A stretch of 62,698 nucleotides of DNA, the filler included, from Piptocephalis cylindrospora (lineage: Eukaryota): the NCBI GenBank assembly GCA_003614145.1. It is 4 parts of 4 records of this genome, joined end to end, with 100 filler letters (N's around TTAATTAATTAA, not from the genome) between each part and the next. Parts side by side here need not be neighbours in the genome. Positions count along the whole stretch, not along the records: positions 31,438 to 47,018 come from KZ987891.1; positions 47,119 to 62,698 come from KZ987892.1; 2 more parts are not named here. One strand, 5' to 3'. The notes under the pieces are model-generated. The model saw only the letters and a list, made by a program, of their open reading frames with translations. It searched no databases and had not been told where the DNA came from. Within the stretch, counting starts at the first letter, position 1, and every line of letters begins with the position of its first letter. This document shows positions 36,544 through 49,012 of the stretch, in pieces. The translations under genes were made by a program, and so were the position numbers.

Positions 36544-39500
36544 TCAAATTTCGCTGATCCTCATCTCAGCAATCAATTGCTCAAGATCAATGCCTGATCC
36601 TATAGATGAGAAATGAAGAGTGAGATCATGGATAAATGAGCCAGTCAGATAGGTCCATCGGGTTCTCTCCCATTAAAAACCTACCTGAAATGGACTGCAA
36701 GAAACGAATGATCTCCTTGCACAACTACGCCAAACATCATGAGAGTGAATATAGATATCCCTACATCCTTCCAAACTCTCACCTACCTCGAAATCCCTAG
36801 CGTCCACCACCTTTTCCAGCAACTTGGCCGAATCCTATGGGAAGATAAGGATAATGAGAAACCATTTCTCCGTCTTCCATCGAACCGCAATCTCCACTCA
36901 CCTCACTGTTCACTCTAGTAGGTTCAAGGGTCTGAAGAACAATCAAGTAGGCCGTGGCCGTCTGGAGCTGCTGTCTCTCTAGACATTCTTCAAATAGGAG
37001 CTTGGGTTCCCCGACGGACCCAAAGAGCAGGGACCACATGGATACCTCGGTCTTACGAGCGCACCGGACAATAACCTCTAAAAAGTCTGGGAATTCCCGG
37101 ATGAACCCGACGACAGCTTTGAGCATCCGTGTGGGGGATCCAGACTCGGTCTCGCTTTCCTCTTTCCTCTCCCCTTCCTCACCCTTCTTCTCCTCCCGGT
37201 CTGCCTCCTCCTCCAAGACATGATGAAGGAGGATCTCGAGGGCATGCCCAAAGTACATGTGCTTCTCGTGGACCCGGGCATACATCAGGGCCCCTTCCCC
37301 GGTAATTCCAGCCCGTTGAATCAAGTGCTCCATCATCTTGTGCAGATAAAGCTGACTTGTAGTCGCAATCGTGTAGGTACTGCACCCTAGGGTGTGGGAA
37401 TGAGAGGATCTCTGCTCGGCCCCGAAGACAATTCCTCTCAGAGTCAAGGCAGCTAGGAACGGGAGAGAATAGTGATTAAATCATATGCTCTGCCTCAGTA
37501 ATGCCTCATTCCTCAGCCGGGTATTACCTAATGGACAGCATTCCGTCTTGAAGGTAAAGGGTTCTCGAGTAAAGATACCTTGTCCACACAAGGAAGATCC
37601 CCCTGGTCCCTCTAAAGGATCTACTTCTTGTAATTCTCTATTAAGCACAGGCCAGATCAGGGCATCCTGAGGGGTAAAAGCCCAAATGGAGGCGAGAAAG
37701 TCGTTTCCTTGAGCCGTCAAATCCACGTACACCCCTGTGTCTACTCCTCGTGCCAAACGACGGTACATGTACGTAATTCCTTCCCCAGAAGAAGGAGTGG
37801 ACGAGTCCATCCGATGAGGATCAATGAGCAGCAGATCTCCGGCCACGACTAGGCCAATTAAATGGGCTGGATGGGAAGGGAAGAGGAGGGAAGGATCAAT
37901 GAGCATTTCCTTGCCAGATGAATCACCAGCATCCTTCCTTACTACTTGACCCTTCATGGATGGGGAACCAATCCACTGAGGTAACCTGTTCCGGGATGGG
38001 AACAAGAGTCCGGGATAGCATCACATGCTGCCGTAGACTCACATCCAAGACACCGCCTGAGAAAAGGAGGGAAAAAACGATGAGTGTTGTAATAAAGGAT
38101 AAAATTTTAGCTCCTACATTCGTCCATCTCCACTTACTTTGATTTAGATGGAGGCCGTAATGGTACACCACGTTATCCGCACAATACACTACTAGAGTTT
38201 CTCCACGAATATTGAGACGAAGAGGCTTGGCGGATAAAGGGCCTTCCTCAGTCAGGCGTAAATCCTCGTCCAAAGGAAGATCTCTAGAGTAAAACCGAAT
38301 CTAGAGGACGAGTCAAGATGAATAGCGACGTGAGAGAGAAATATTATAAATCATCCCCTAGATCACCCATGAAATCCACTCACACTATACTCTTGAGTGA
38401 CTAGGTCCTCGATAGCACACACTAGGATTCGGTTATACCAAGCGAGACCCCCTGTCACCCGAATGGCTTGTTCCTGGGAAGGGAAAGGGGGGAAGGGAGG
38501 AGGATTGGGTTAATGGATAGTAAGCACCATATCGTTCAATACAACAAAGGACATACTTGATCTTGCCGCTGCAAACATTTCCACTTTCGAGTATGACCAT
38601 GATAATGGGCAAACCCCCTTTCCCCAGCCAAGGCTACACACAATCCATCCTCACTCATGCTCGCATACCGCACTGGCCAATTCTCCGAGATGTACAAAGT
38701 GGGCCAAGCTACTTCTTTCCGAAGAGCCTCTGGGGAGTCGCCTTCTGCAGCCGTTGCTTCTCTCTTATCCCCGGCGGCTCCCGTATACACAATCCAGCCA
38801 TTCCATGAGATGAGAAGGGCATTCTTTGCATTATCCTATGCAGGAAAAACAGAGAGTGAGGGAGGAAGGTGTGTAAAAAGTCCCTTCTTTTCCTTTCTCT
38901 TTTTGTTCTTCGAGAAAAGAGAAAAAGCTTACATGAGTTGGGCATTTGGCATCTGCAGAGGCAAGGGTACCCAGGGTGAATAATTGGGCTTGATCCTCCG
39001 AGGGCCATATGAACAACTCTGCATCACCTTGTCCCCAAAACTACAGTGAAGATCAAAGAAAGAGGGAGGAGGGAGATGATGAGACGGAGAGAAAAGCACC
39101 ATCTCACAGCTCGAGAAAACGTACAATTGTGGTTACACCATCATGAAAAGGCTCAACAAGACCCTCTGAAACCCCATGCCCCTCCCCATCCACAGTGGGG
39201 GCAAAGGAGATCCCTTCTAACCCATCGGCAAAAAGAGGCTCGCTGGAGGAATCGGCAAAGATTCGTCCAAACGCCCCATACAAGGCCAGGCCCCCCGAGG
39301 GCCCACCCTGACGGCCCACCGCCAACGCCAAACCATCTGAGGACCAGGATAGGGAGCTAACGCGTCGCTCTATTCAAGGAAACGGGAGAAAGAGATGATT
39401 AATGGCTGCATCAAGCGAAAAAGAGAGGGGGCAAGGGCAAGCAAGATATCCACCTATCTCGGCACCTGACGGCCGCCTCGGGGATGGGATGGTGTGGAAA

Positions 39501-40792
39501 TGGGAGGTAGAGAAGGATGGGGGGGACATGGGCGGGTCCAGCCGGTAAAGATGAACCCTGCCTGACTGGGTGCCAACAGCAATGACGCCCATGAGATGAT
39601 TGATGGAAACTCTCGTTGCTTTATCCTTCCTTTCAATCGGCCTATGTAGTATATAGGATGACCATGGCCTTCCTGCAGCGGCTGGGGTGAGGAGAAGGGC
39701 ATCCCCGGAGACTAGGGTCAATCCCAGACAGCCTCTATCAGCATCCCAGACTAGATCTTGTATAGGGGCGGAATCCGAAGTATCTGGACTCCAAGATTGC
39801 CCCAGAATGTCGGATAAGAGGGGAATATCCATGAAAGAGGCGCTCCACCGAGTAGTGGCCATACCAGGCCAGGGAATTAGGTGAAAACGTCCATCGGACA
39901 TGACAACCCACACTCCTTCACTAGACCCCGCCATTCTTTGTTGTAAGAGCAATGAGAAGATGAGATGGAATGGGATGGAATGGGGTAAAAAGAGAAAGTA
40001 TACGGTGTATACGAATGCACTTACTGTGTAATGATAGCACCTGCCGGCAGGGAGATTCCCTGTACAGGACGCATTCGATAAGCCGGGATTCCAGGAGCGC
40101 CTTCTCCTGGCCCCGAGATATGAGGAAATTGGGAATCACCAAAGCCAAATTGTAACAAGGGCTGGGCCTCATCCTCCTCGGTGTCCACACTTGGAGGGTA
40201 AAGATGGATAAATTCGATATCCCCATTCAATGTCTATAAAGGAAAAAGGGTTTTTAAAGGGTTTAATTGACACATACATATTCCTCGATGTGCATAGGTG
40301 TGATTTACCGCAATGGCCAGTACAGAACCCGTAGGGCTCCATACTCCCTGAGTGAATGGAGAGGTGAGGGAGGATCGGGAGAGTTGACCGATCAATGCCG
40401 TTGGCTAAATATGGAACCATGGTGTAAGTCGTATTGGATCGTGCCATCCCATAGGGCTCTAAAAGTAAGCAACGCACCCGAGCCTTCCACAAGGAGATGG
40501 CATGATCGGACAAGGAGAAGAAGTAGATTCCATTAGGGGAGGCTCCTATCGATGTTGGCGGCCCAGATGATGCTAAGGCGGGCTCCTGGATGAGTGGGGC
40601 ATCCTGCTCCGAAGTCGGAGCCGGAGTGTTGGAGGTAGAGCCAAAGAAGAAGGGTCTCACCAAAGATGTCGCGTATTCCCGAGCGGTAAGGGCATACCCC
40701 TGCCCCGCTGCCCCAGAAGGGCCTGTGGAGCTGTTACTCAGTGCCTTCGTGGTCAAGTCCACAGGCGAAGGCATTCCATAAAGAAAGTACAT
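36544..40792 (-). CDS. RIC1: Ric1, Rab6/Ypt6 GEF subunit (multi-exon)
   Basis: MYFLYGMP start, YISENWPVRYASMSEDG..ALAGERGFAHY..RKWK, YFGHALEILLHHVLEEE, FLEVIVRCARKTEVSMWSLLF..LFEECL..TATAYLIVLQTLE. Confidence 0.93.
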
Positions 40793-42305
40793 GATGATAA
40801 AGTGTAGGGCGGTATTGAGAAGATGGGGAAGAGAGATGGGAAGAGCACCAGGGAAGGGCTGATCTGCCGTGTCAAGTGCGCTCACATGTGGTTCCTGTTA
40901 GATCGCTACTGTGAGTGTATGTGTGTGTGTGTATAGTCGGATATGGGTGGGAAGGCCTTGTGTGGAGCTTTACTCTGGAGGCTTTACAGCAAGGTCAATC
41001 GCTTGAGGATGGCCATAGAATGATTTCTGGAGTGGCTCTAGGTTAGATTTAGAGAGTAAACTCTAAGAAATTATATCTTTATGTTTGGACAAATTTCCAG
41101 AATAATGTACTTGATTAATGAGCTTTAAGACAGGGAGTAAATAAATTTTGGATATACAAACACCTGGTCACATGCAACATCTCATAATAAACACTTAAAT
41201 GATCATTGACTCATCCATCTATAAACTGCGATTTCACAATCTGAGCGCTTTAAAGAGTTACCCAGCCTCGTGAAAATCAATGGTACCAAAGGACACCGAA
41301 TGACACAGGTATCTAAACTGATCGACCATCATTTCCTATTTAAAAGAACCCCTTGTATCCAACTTTTCGCTGCAAATCCAAAAGCATTGACATGACCATG
41401 ATGTCATAGCAATCGGACATTTGACGATTCGTGCTGGATCCGGATGATTATAGAAACCCTTGTGCTTTTGCATGGTAGCCTAGCCTAGCTCTCATCACTT
41501 AAGACTCATGACTATCATAGTGCATCATAATGAACTTAAAAAGCCCTTGCTTGTAACGCGAGACAGCCTGATGCATCCGCATGATCGTTCTGGCTAGGAT
41601 AGTAAACCTAAGAAATTGCTCCAGAGCCCTTCTGCGGAGCGGGCCCATCTTCGCAAGCCATACTTAGCAACTCCTATCCAATTTCTTCCTCTTTAGTAGC
41701 ATGGTGACATCAGTAGCCTTCTCACACATGGCAATGGGGATGAGGCAATTGAGAGGAAAAGCACCTCTCCTCAGTGGCCCTCTCATCAGAAGCACGTGCT
41801 GTTCTTGGACCATATGCATCACCTCAGTATTTTGAGGGCGCTCATCCTCTGCCCAGGCAATTAGCTGGATCCACAATTCTGCAACTCCGCACGCACTCAC
41901 CTGCTGTCCAACCCTGATTGTTTATCCGTTGTTGACTAGGAAGGTAGTCCTCAATCTGGCCTGATCCATCTGGTGAGATGAACTTTTCGGCCATCTCTCA
42001 TAGGTCTGTAAAGCTCAATAGTGATGTAAGACGTCGGGAGCGCAGGGCTTGTCACTCTCGCTTCTTTTGGGGCGTCAATGGAGAGAGCAGTGACTCTGGA
42101 GGGAGGGGTGGAGGTGTGAAGCATTGCCCACGCCCACCGATATTGACCTTGTCCACCACCGCCCCCAGAAAGTATAAGTAAAAGGCTTTCATGTCCATGT
42201 TCCCTTCACCATCCCTATAAACTTCACTTGACCCTTCCTTCTTTCCTCTTCCCACCACCACCACCGGCAAAACAATAACCTACGCTTCCCACTACGCTTA
42301 CTACC

Positions 42306-42479
42306 ATGGCTTTCACTGCTTCAGACATCCTCAAGATTGTTGCCGCCGTCCTTCTCCCTCCCCTCGGAGTCCTCTTGGAACGAGGATGTGGGGCGGACCT
42401 GTGCATCAATATCCTCTTGACCATTCTGGGTTATATCCCTGGAATCATTCATGCTCTTTATATCATCTTGAAGTATTAA
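42306..42479 (+). CDS. PMP3: Pmp3 plasma-membrane proteolipid, copy 1 (57 aa)
   Basis: MAFTASDILKIVAAVLLPPLGVLLERGCGADLCINILLTILGYIPGIIHALYIILKY*. Below the ORF-track cutoff. Confidence 0.95.
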   Translation: MAFTASDILKIVAAVLLPPLGVLLERGCGADLCINILLTILGYIPGIIHALYIILKY

Positions 42480-43516
42480 TCACCACCACAATCCTAACCA
42501 ACCAGGAGATAGCACTAGGCTCCCGGATGCTATAACATCAGAGTAAGGGGAGAGATACTTTTTTTTTTGCTCCGCCCCGCCTTTTCTCTTAGGCCTTTAC
42601 GTATGATTCCTAGTCATCACCTCAGAAATATACATGCTTTGTCGTCGCTGTCGTTCAGTATCCTTGAATAGCTTTGTCAATCATCTAGTATGCAGTGAAG
42701 GCATTCAGTGTACAAAGAGGGCAGCCGAGATCGGAGGAAAGTAGTAGTGTCGCAATGACGACGGCGTTGATTACTTGTCGAGTTTGACGTGCTGGAATGG
42801 GCAGTCTTAAGAAATGAGCTCACCCTATCCGAGACATGCGAGGCATTTCGTTTGGGTCTTCCCACTCATCAAATCAATGTTGGCGCGAGGAAATCTATAT
42901 CGTTAGACAACCGATCTGTCTTAGATTCCTTCCTCTCACATTTCCCTCCGCACTGGGGACACACACATACTGACATCTCCCAGAGTCAGTCTAGTTGGTG
43001 TCAGAGGTCACACCGAGCCAAGAAAGCTTAGCCCTGAAGGAAGGGTGAATCCTACGAGGTTTCATACATGTGTCGGACCTCTATTGGACCCCGCTTTGAT
43101 TCAACTGCTGCTCCCTTTTTCCTCAGAATCAGATAGATGTTCTCTTGAACCCTTTCTCCCTCCTTGATGGCGGTCTTCTTGTCCAAAGAAAGGGGAGATA
43201 CAAGGAGAGCACCCTTCCCCCACACACTCCTCAAGTCCCGCATCAGTCTCTTCTCCTGTATCGCCTTTCTCATCCATCTCAGGAAAGAGTTTCAGCCTGG
43301 CCATTCAGAGCATGTGCCTCTGTATAGGGACCCATGAAGAAATGAGTATATAAAGGAACATGAAGATTGGATAGCTGAGTTTGCACCCAAGGCTACACCA
43401 TTATCTTCCATCTTCCTTATTCCTCTTCTCCATTTACCCACCTAGCCCCTTTCTTTGCCATCCATCACCCCACTCCCAATAACCCTCTTCGCTAACCCTC
43501 TTCAACCCTCTTCACT

Positions 43517-43690
43517 ATGGCATTCACTGCTTCCGATATCTGCAAGATCATCTGCGCCGTCATTCTCCCCCCCATCGGTGTACTCATGGAGCGGGGATGC
43601 GGAGCAGACCTGTGCATCAACATCCTCTTGACCATTCTGGGTTATATCCCCGGGATCATCCATGCTCTGTACATTATTTTAAAGTACTGA
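43517..43690 (+). CDS. PMP3: Pmp3 plasma-membrane proteolipid, copy 2 (57 aa)
   Basis: MAFTASDICKIICAVILPPIGVLMERGCGADLCINILLTILGYIPGIIHALYIILKY*. Confidence 0.95.
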   Translation: MAFTASDICKIICAVILPPIGVLMERGCGADLCINILLTILGYIPGIIHALYIILKY

Positions 43691-44082
43691 AGTGGCATCC
43701 TCTCTTCCCCACTCCTTCATCATATGTCCCCCCCCCCCCCTTTTCGGCTCCCTCATCTGCCCCTCCCCACAACGTCCCCCGTCGATCATCCGCACTTGCC
43801 CTATGCTGACGTAATCGGTCTAATCTCTTGAATTAGAAGGAGATCAAATAGACAAAGTAACAAGCTGTTTTGCCGTAACTTACACTGGTACCGGTGTCAT
43901 TGAGTATAGAATAGGGTGATGTTGAACCGTGATATAGAACCGGGCGGGTCAAAATGAACAGTAAGAATAAGGTGCGCAGCAATAAACAAACAATAGTACT
44001 ACCTGTAAAGTCAGATGTTCCTTCCATCAGAAATGGATTTACTCCCATCAAGTCACCTCTTCTCTACAACACAATTCCGCTC

Positions 44083-45056
44083 ATGTTTAGCAAGAACTCC
44101 ACCCCACTCTCCCCAACAAACGTCCTTTCCTTTCTCCATCTGGTGGAGAACCTCAAGGTAAGCGAGGGAGTCAAAAACGCGTCTTCTAATTAGGATATAG
44201 GAGCACCCTGTCCTCACAACCCATGCACGACAACAGAGAACAAAGAGGACAGGATGGGTGGAGCACGGGATCAAGGGTCCCGAAAGTATCTCGGACCATA
44301 TGTATCGAATGAGCATCATGGCCATGCTGGTGGATGACCCTGCCTTAGATCGAACACGGTAAGGACCAACAGGGGAAGAGTGAATGGATGTTTTGTCTGC
44401 CTGCTCAACGTTACCTTCCTCGTGTACCGGAACAAGATGTATTAAAATGGCCTTGGTCCATGACTTGGCCGAGGCCATTGTGGTAAGTAATCTTGATTGC
44501 TTCCGTCATTCACCATGATAAAGGCGACCTTCACCATTTATCACCTATCCAACTACCCTATAGGGAGATATTACCCCTCATGCCAAAGTGACCAAAGAGG
44601 AGAAGTATCAGATGGAAAAGGTGAGGGCACAATCTCACCGCCTCTGCTTCTTCCCCGCCAAGCTGATCTTTCCCTCCTCTTTTATACTAGAACGCCATGA
44701 CCAAGATTTGTCAAAGTTTGGGGAATGACCATTCTTTTGTTCAGGAAATCAACTTATTATGGCAAGAGTATGAAGAGGCCACGACCCCCGAGGCCCTTCT
44801 GGTCAAGGACCTGGACAAATTTGAAATGATTGTCCAGGCTCTCGAGTATGAAAAGTGTAAGCAGCCATGATAAAGGGTCGGGGATCTTTACACATCTGAC
44901 CTTTCCTCTTGCCTCCTCCATCCTCCCTTAGCCGACAAGACAAAACTGGAATCTTTCTTCCAGAGTACACAAGGCCGTTTCCAGCACCCACAGATTAGAG
45001 CCTGGGCCGAGGCCCTGTACGAGGAGAGGAAAGCCCATCACCATTCCTGTTCTTAG
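44083..45056 (+). CDS. HD-domain 5'-deoxynucleotidase (HDDC2/Ygk1 family), multi-exon
   Basis: [74 protein letters not shown]. Confidence 0.93.
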
Positions 45057-45215
45057 GGATTTATTCCATTGTAGGCATGGGATAATATGACCTTTCAAGA
45101 AACGGCTACTACCCTCCGATCTACACATACTACTCCAATGGAAATAAAGACTTGCTTTCCCTTCTCCATTCACTCGCCTTCATATACCCATCAAGACATG
45201 ACCCTCCCTTAAACA

Positions 45216-47018
45216 TCACTCCTCGTCGCTCTCCTCATCATCTTCGCTCTCCTCATCCGCCTCCTCCAACCAAGTAATAAACGCAATAGCCTAAACACGC
45301 GCGCACAGGAAAAGATCAGTCAGTTGATATGGGCCACCTTCCCCCTTCCCCCCCCTCATGTCCTTTTGAACTTACCGATTGCCTCACTGGCCCGCTCACT
45401 TCAGTTGACTTGGAGGAATACCACCATCGAAGGACTTGCTCCTCATCAAGGACATCCTGCTCATACAATTGATGCAGGACATTCTTAAAGGCACTCAAGT
45501 GCTGTGGGTGTCGAGCATAGAATTCTTGTGTGGCAAGGATGAGATTAACTTGGTCAGCCGACTCGTGGGTCATTCGGGTCAGGAGCCCAGACCACTTGGT
45601 CAAAACCGGTCGGATCCCCCGACCCGCCCCGCCTTCCTGGCCCACCGGTAAGGTCAGGGTAAGGAGCGCATCCGTGACCTCTCGGCGGATTACACGATAC
45701 TGACCATTGAAGGTCATTCGAAGTGTATTAATCTCCAGAGCTGCCACCTCCACCTCATGATCCTCCTTGAAGGCCCGGTCCAGGGTTTGTCGAAGTTCCC
45801 GGACAAACTCCTCGCTCTCCTTTCCTCCTTCCTTGGGCTGCTCAATGTTGTCCAGGCCTTGAATCTTCTGTAGCCCGTCCACTCCATCTGCAAGGCCCAT
45901 TGGACTACCCCATGCCTCGTCGTCGTTATCTTCATCTTCCTCCTCCTCCTCCTCAGAGGACTCTGACCCCGTAGTTTCGCCTTCCTCAAGCTGGAGTTGG
46001 CGTAGATTGAACCCAAGGTCCGAAATCGCGCGGTTCCTCGGGTCCTCCTCATCCTCTTCTTCTTCCTCGTCATCATCATCCTCTCCACTCTCAGTATCCT
46101 CATTGAAATCCGAGGCATCAGAAGGGCCAGCTGCAGCAGTTTCAAGTCCTGTCTCATCCGAAGACATACCTCGCCGACCCATGCCATACCCTCCCCACAC
46201 CCTACCCTTGCCCGTGCTACCAACAACGGGGATGTCCCATTGATTCATATCCTCCTCCACCGAATCCTCTTCATCCTCCTCTTCATCCCACTCTGTGTCC
46301 TTGCGGCGAGACACGGTGGTGAGCCGTAGTCCGGGGGAAAGGACCATGTCTTTGGCAACACGGACGCCATAGGAAAGGATGGAGCCCTTTTGCACCATTG
46401 ACCCCTCCCCAAGTTCTACTCCATCCGCCAAAATGGACTCCTCTACCTTGGCCCCGGTCCCGACCCGAACCCCGGACCAGAGATGAGATCGAAGAATTTG
46501 AGCATCCTTTTCTACTCATGCATAAATGTGATTTACCCCCCGTCCCAGAGGATAAGAAAGAGTGAGTTGGGGGAGGTTAAAAGATCGTACAAGGATCATT
46601 TAGGGTACCATCTCGCACAGAAACAAATAAACAGTCAATATCTCTCTCTCTCTCTCTTACTCATATCTTCTCTTTACCCTCTTACCAATGATACATCCAG
46701 GACCAATAATAGATTGAACGAGACGAACACCATCCTCAATGATGGCTCCATCCCCCACCATGACCCCTTGGCCCAGATGAACTCCACGGCCAATGGTGCT
46801 TCCAGGATGGATATAGGTATGGCCTCGGTGAAGGATGCACTTGTCCGATAGAAGGTCCTCAGGAGTGACCAAGGGAAAGGCGTGACGACGGACTACATCC
46901 TGAGAGACTACTTGCATGAGCCGGGGATCCCTGACCCTAGCACCCTACCCCTGAGTACCGGGGGTAAAATAGGCGTGAGATGTTTTTCCCACACGATCGG
47001 CCTGGAGGAAACCTCGGG
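45216..47018 (-). CDS. GCD6: eIF2B epsilon subunit, 3' part (5' end lost in gap)
   Basis: VSQDVVRRHAFPLVP, hexapeptide LbH repeats, acidic linker, AALEINTLRMTFN, W2 domain LYEQDVLDEEQVLRWW..FITWLEEADEES. Confidence 0.92.
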
Positions 47019-47118
47019 NNNNNNNNNNNNNNNNNNNNNNNNNNNNNNNNNNNNNNNNNNNNTTAATTAATTAANNNNNNNNNNNNNNNNNNNNNNNNNN
47101 NNNNNNNNNNNNNNNNNN
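47019..47118. other. Artificial scaffold linker
   Basis: N44-TTAATTAATTAA-N44. Confidence 0.97.
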
Positions 47119-49012
47119 TGATTTGCGAAGCTATGCGTCATTGATTCGTCTATCCTAACCCAGCCACTTACCCATCTATTTCCCCTTCATTTGAATGTCC
47201 CAAGGCAGCTTGATCAGGATCAACAGGAGGTTTGCCTTCCTTAGCCCGTTGCACCTTGTGCTCCACCTCAACAACCATATCATTAAGCATTAAGAGTCGA
47301 TCTATCACGGTATACCATTCCAGTGGGGGAGAGTATAAGATGTAAATGATTCGATAGGGGTAATGTACTCGCTCATGCGGCATACTCCATCGACTATCCC
47401 ATCACTCACCCATGTTTTCGACGGCTTCATCTTCCGTGAGCATTTTTTGTATCTTCACCTGAGCCGCCTTGCATTTGCTCATCATGGGCTATCCTCATTG
47501 AGGGAAGAGGAGAAAAGGGTAGTTGTGGGATGATTAGTTGAATGGGTTTATCAGCTTCACTAAGTCTAACTATGAAAAGTGGCCCTCGAATACCTCGATT
47601 CATTTCCGCACAACTGACTTACCTGGAAATCTTGCAGATCCTCCACCTTCTCCCCTGGGTTCAATGCATTGACAATCTCATTCAGCATGATAATATCATC
47701 CTGGATTACATCCAGCTCCTTCTCCACCTCCTTCTCATACTTATCCGATGAATCGGAAGTCTATGGGAGATAGGCATGAGAGGGGGGATCTTGTTGTTTG
47801 GGAAATCTTGCATCTGACAACTCACATAGCCGGCCATAACCTGCATCAGGTCATTGGCTTTTCGCAGGTCTTCAGGAGATCCACGACGCAAATATTCTTG
47901 CAATTTCTACTTGGATTACCCGGTCCCCACAAGAAAGATCCGAGGGAGTAATGTGAGGTGAGAGTGTGTGACCTTAGAAGCTTTCCATCCTTGCTCTATC
48001 CCTACTCTGGATGTTCGGAAAAAACCCCATGGAAAAGTGACCTACCGCGGCATTGACAGCCTGGTCCTCTGCCGCAAGTTCATCGGCCGATTTTAGCATT
48101 CCAGGTTGAGCCAGGGCTGAGTTTTCCAATGAAACTCGTGGAAACCGATATCCCTTGAAGTGGAGCAGACGGCACATATCCAAGATATGTACTAGCTCAT
48201 TCTTGTATCGTGAATTGACGCATATCGTGAGCCTCCATTCTTGCAGCAACTCCAGGGTCTTTTGCTGGATGGGGGTGTATAACGTCTGGCAGAGGGTCAA
48301 ATAAGCATGAGTGGGAGGTATTATCTCTGAGATAAAATGAAAGGTTGATCCCCTGGACGAATGTGCCCACTTACTGGTGGGTGTTCGGGGAATTTTTTCA
48401 CCAAATCGTTCAAGAATTCTTTGGAAGCGCATTGGAGATGAAATGGATGACCGCAGTTCTTGACACAATTGTCGAGAAGCTATCCCGAATAGGATTCGGT
48501 TAGTATCATCGCTTTCTCTCTCTCTCCCCCCCACCCTTAATAGGCCAATACACAACCCATCTCTTCCCATTTTTCTCTGGAATTNNNNNNNNNNCCCCAT
48601 GAGCCAATCTTACCGTCAAGGCGAGCATCGATACATTGGAATCCCTACTGTTAACATATCGAACAATTGTACGTGATGCCTCACTAAAGACCGCAGATCC
48701 AAGATACAGTGTTATGAGTATCATCACATCATCGAGGAAAGATGGGCTCATATGATGGCTTGGGAAGATCCCATCGTGGACTTACTAGCTTTTTTCCTTC
48801 TGATTTACCAGGTCACACACCTCCAGATTTAAGGGAAGATTGGGTGAGATGTTCCTGGGATCACAGGCCCGTGCTAGTGGTCACGGTTAAGGGATGTTGG
48901 GGGCATGAGACGTGCTGGAGACACTGGCTTCACATCCTAGTCGCAAGGATGGCCGAGTCGACTGAATCAGGGTGGACGTACCAATGAGAATAAGGACTGG
49001 GTTTGGACTCAT
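47119..49012 (-). CDS. GGA: GGA clathrin adaptor (VHS-GAT), 3' end lost in gap
   Basis: RACDPRNISPNLPLNLEVCDLVNQK, LLDNCVKNCGHPFHLQCASKEFLNDLVKKFPEHPP, RLLHFKGYRFP, LKSADEL, KLQEYLRRGSPEDLRKANDLMQVMAGY. Confidence 0.92.

Noticed and set aside
41600..43330. Short minus-strand ORFs around the PMP3 genes as retroelement relics
   Set aside because: No recognisable RT, endonuclease or integrase motifs.
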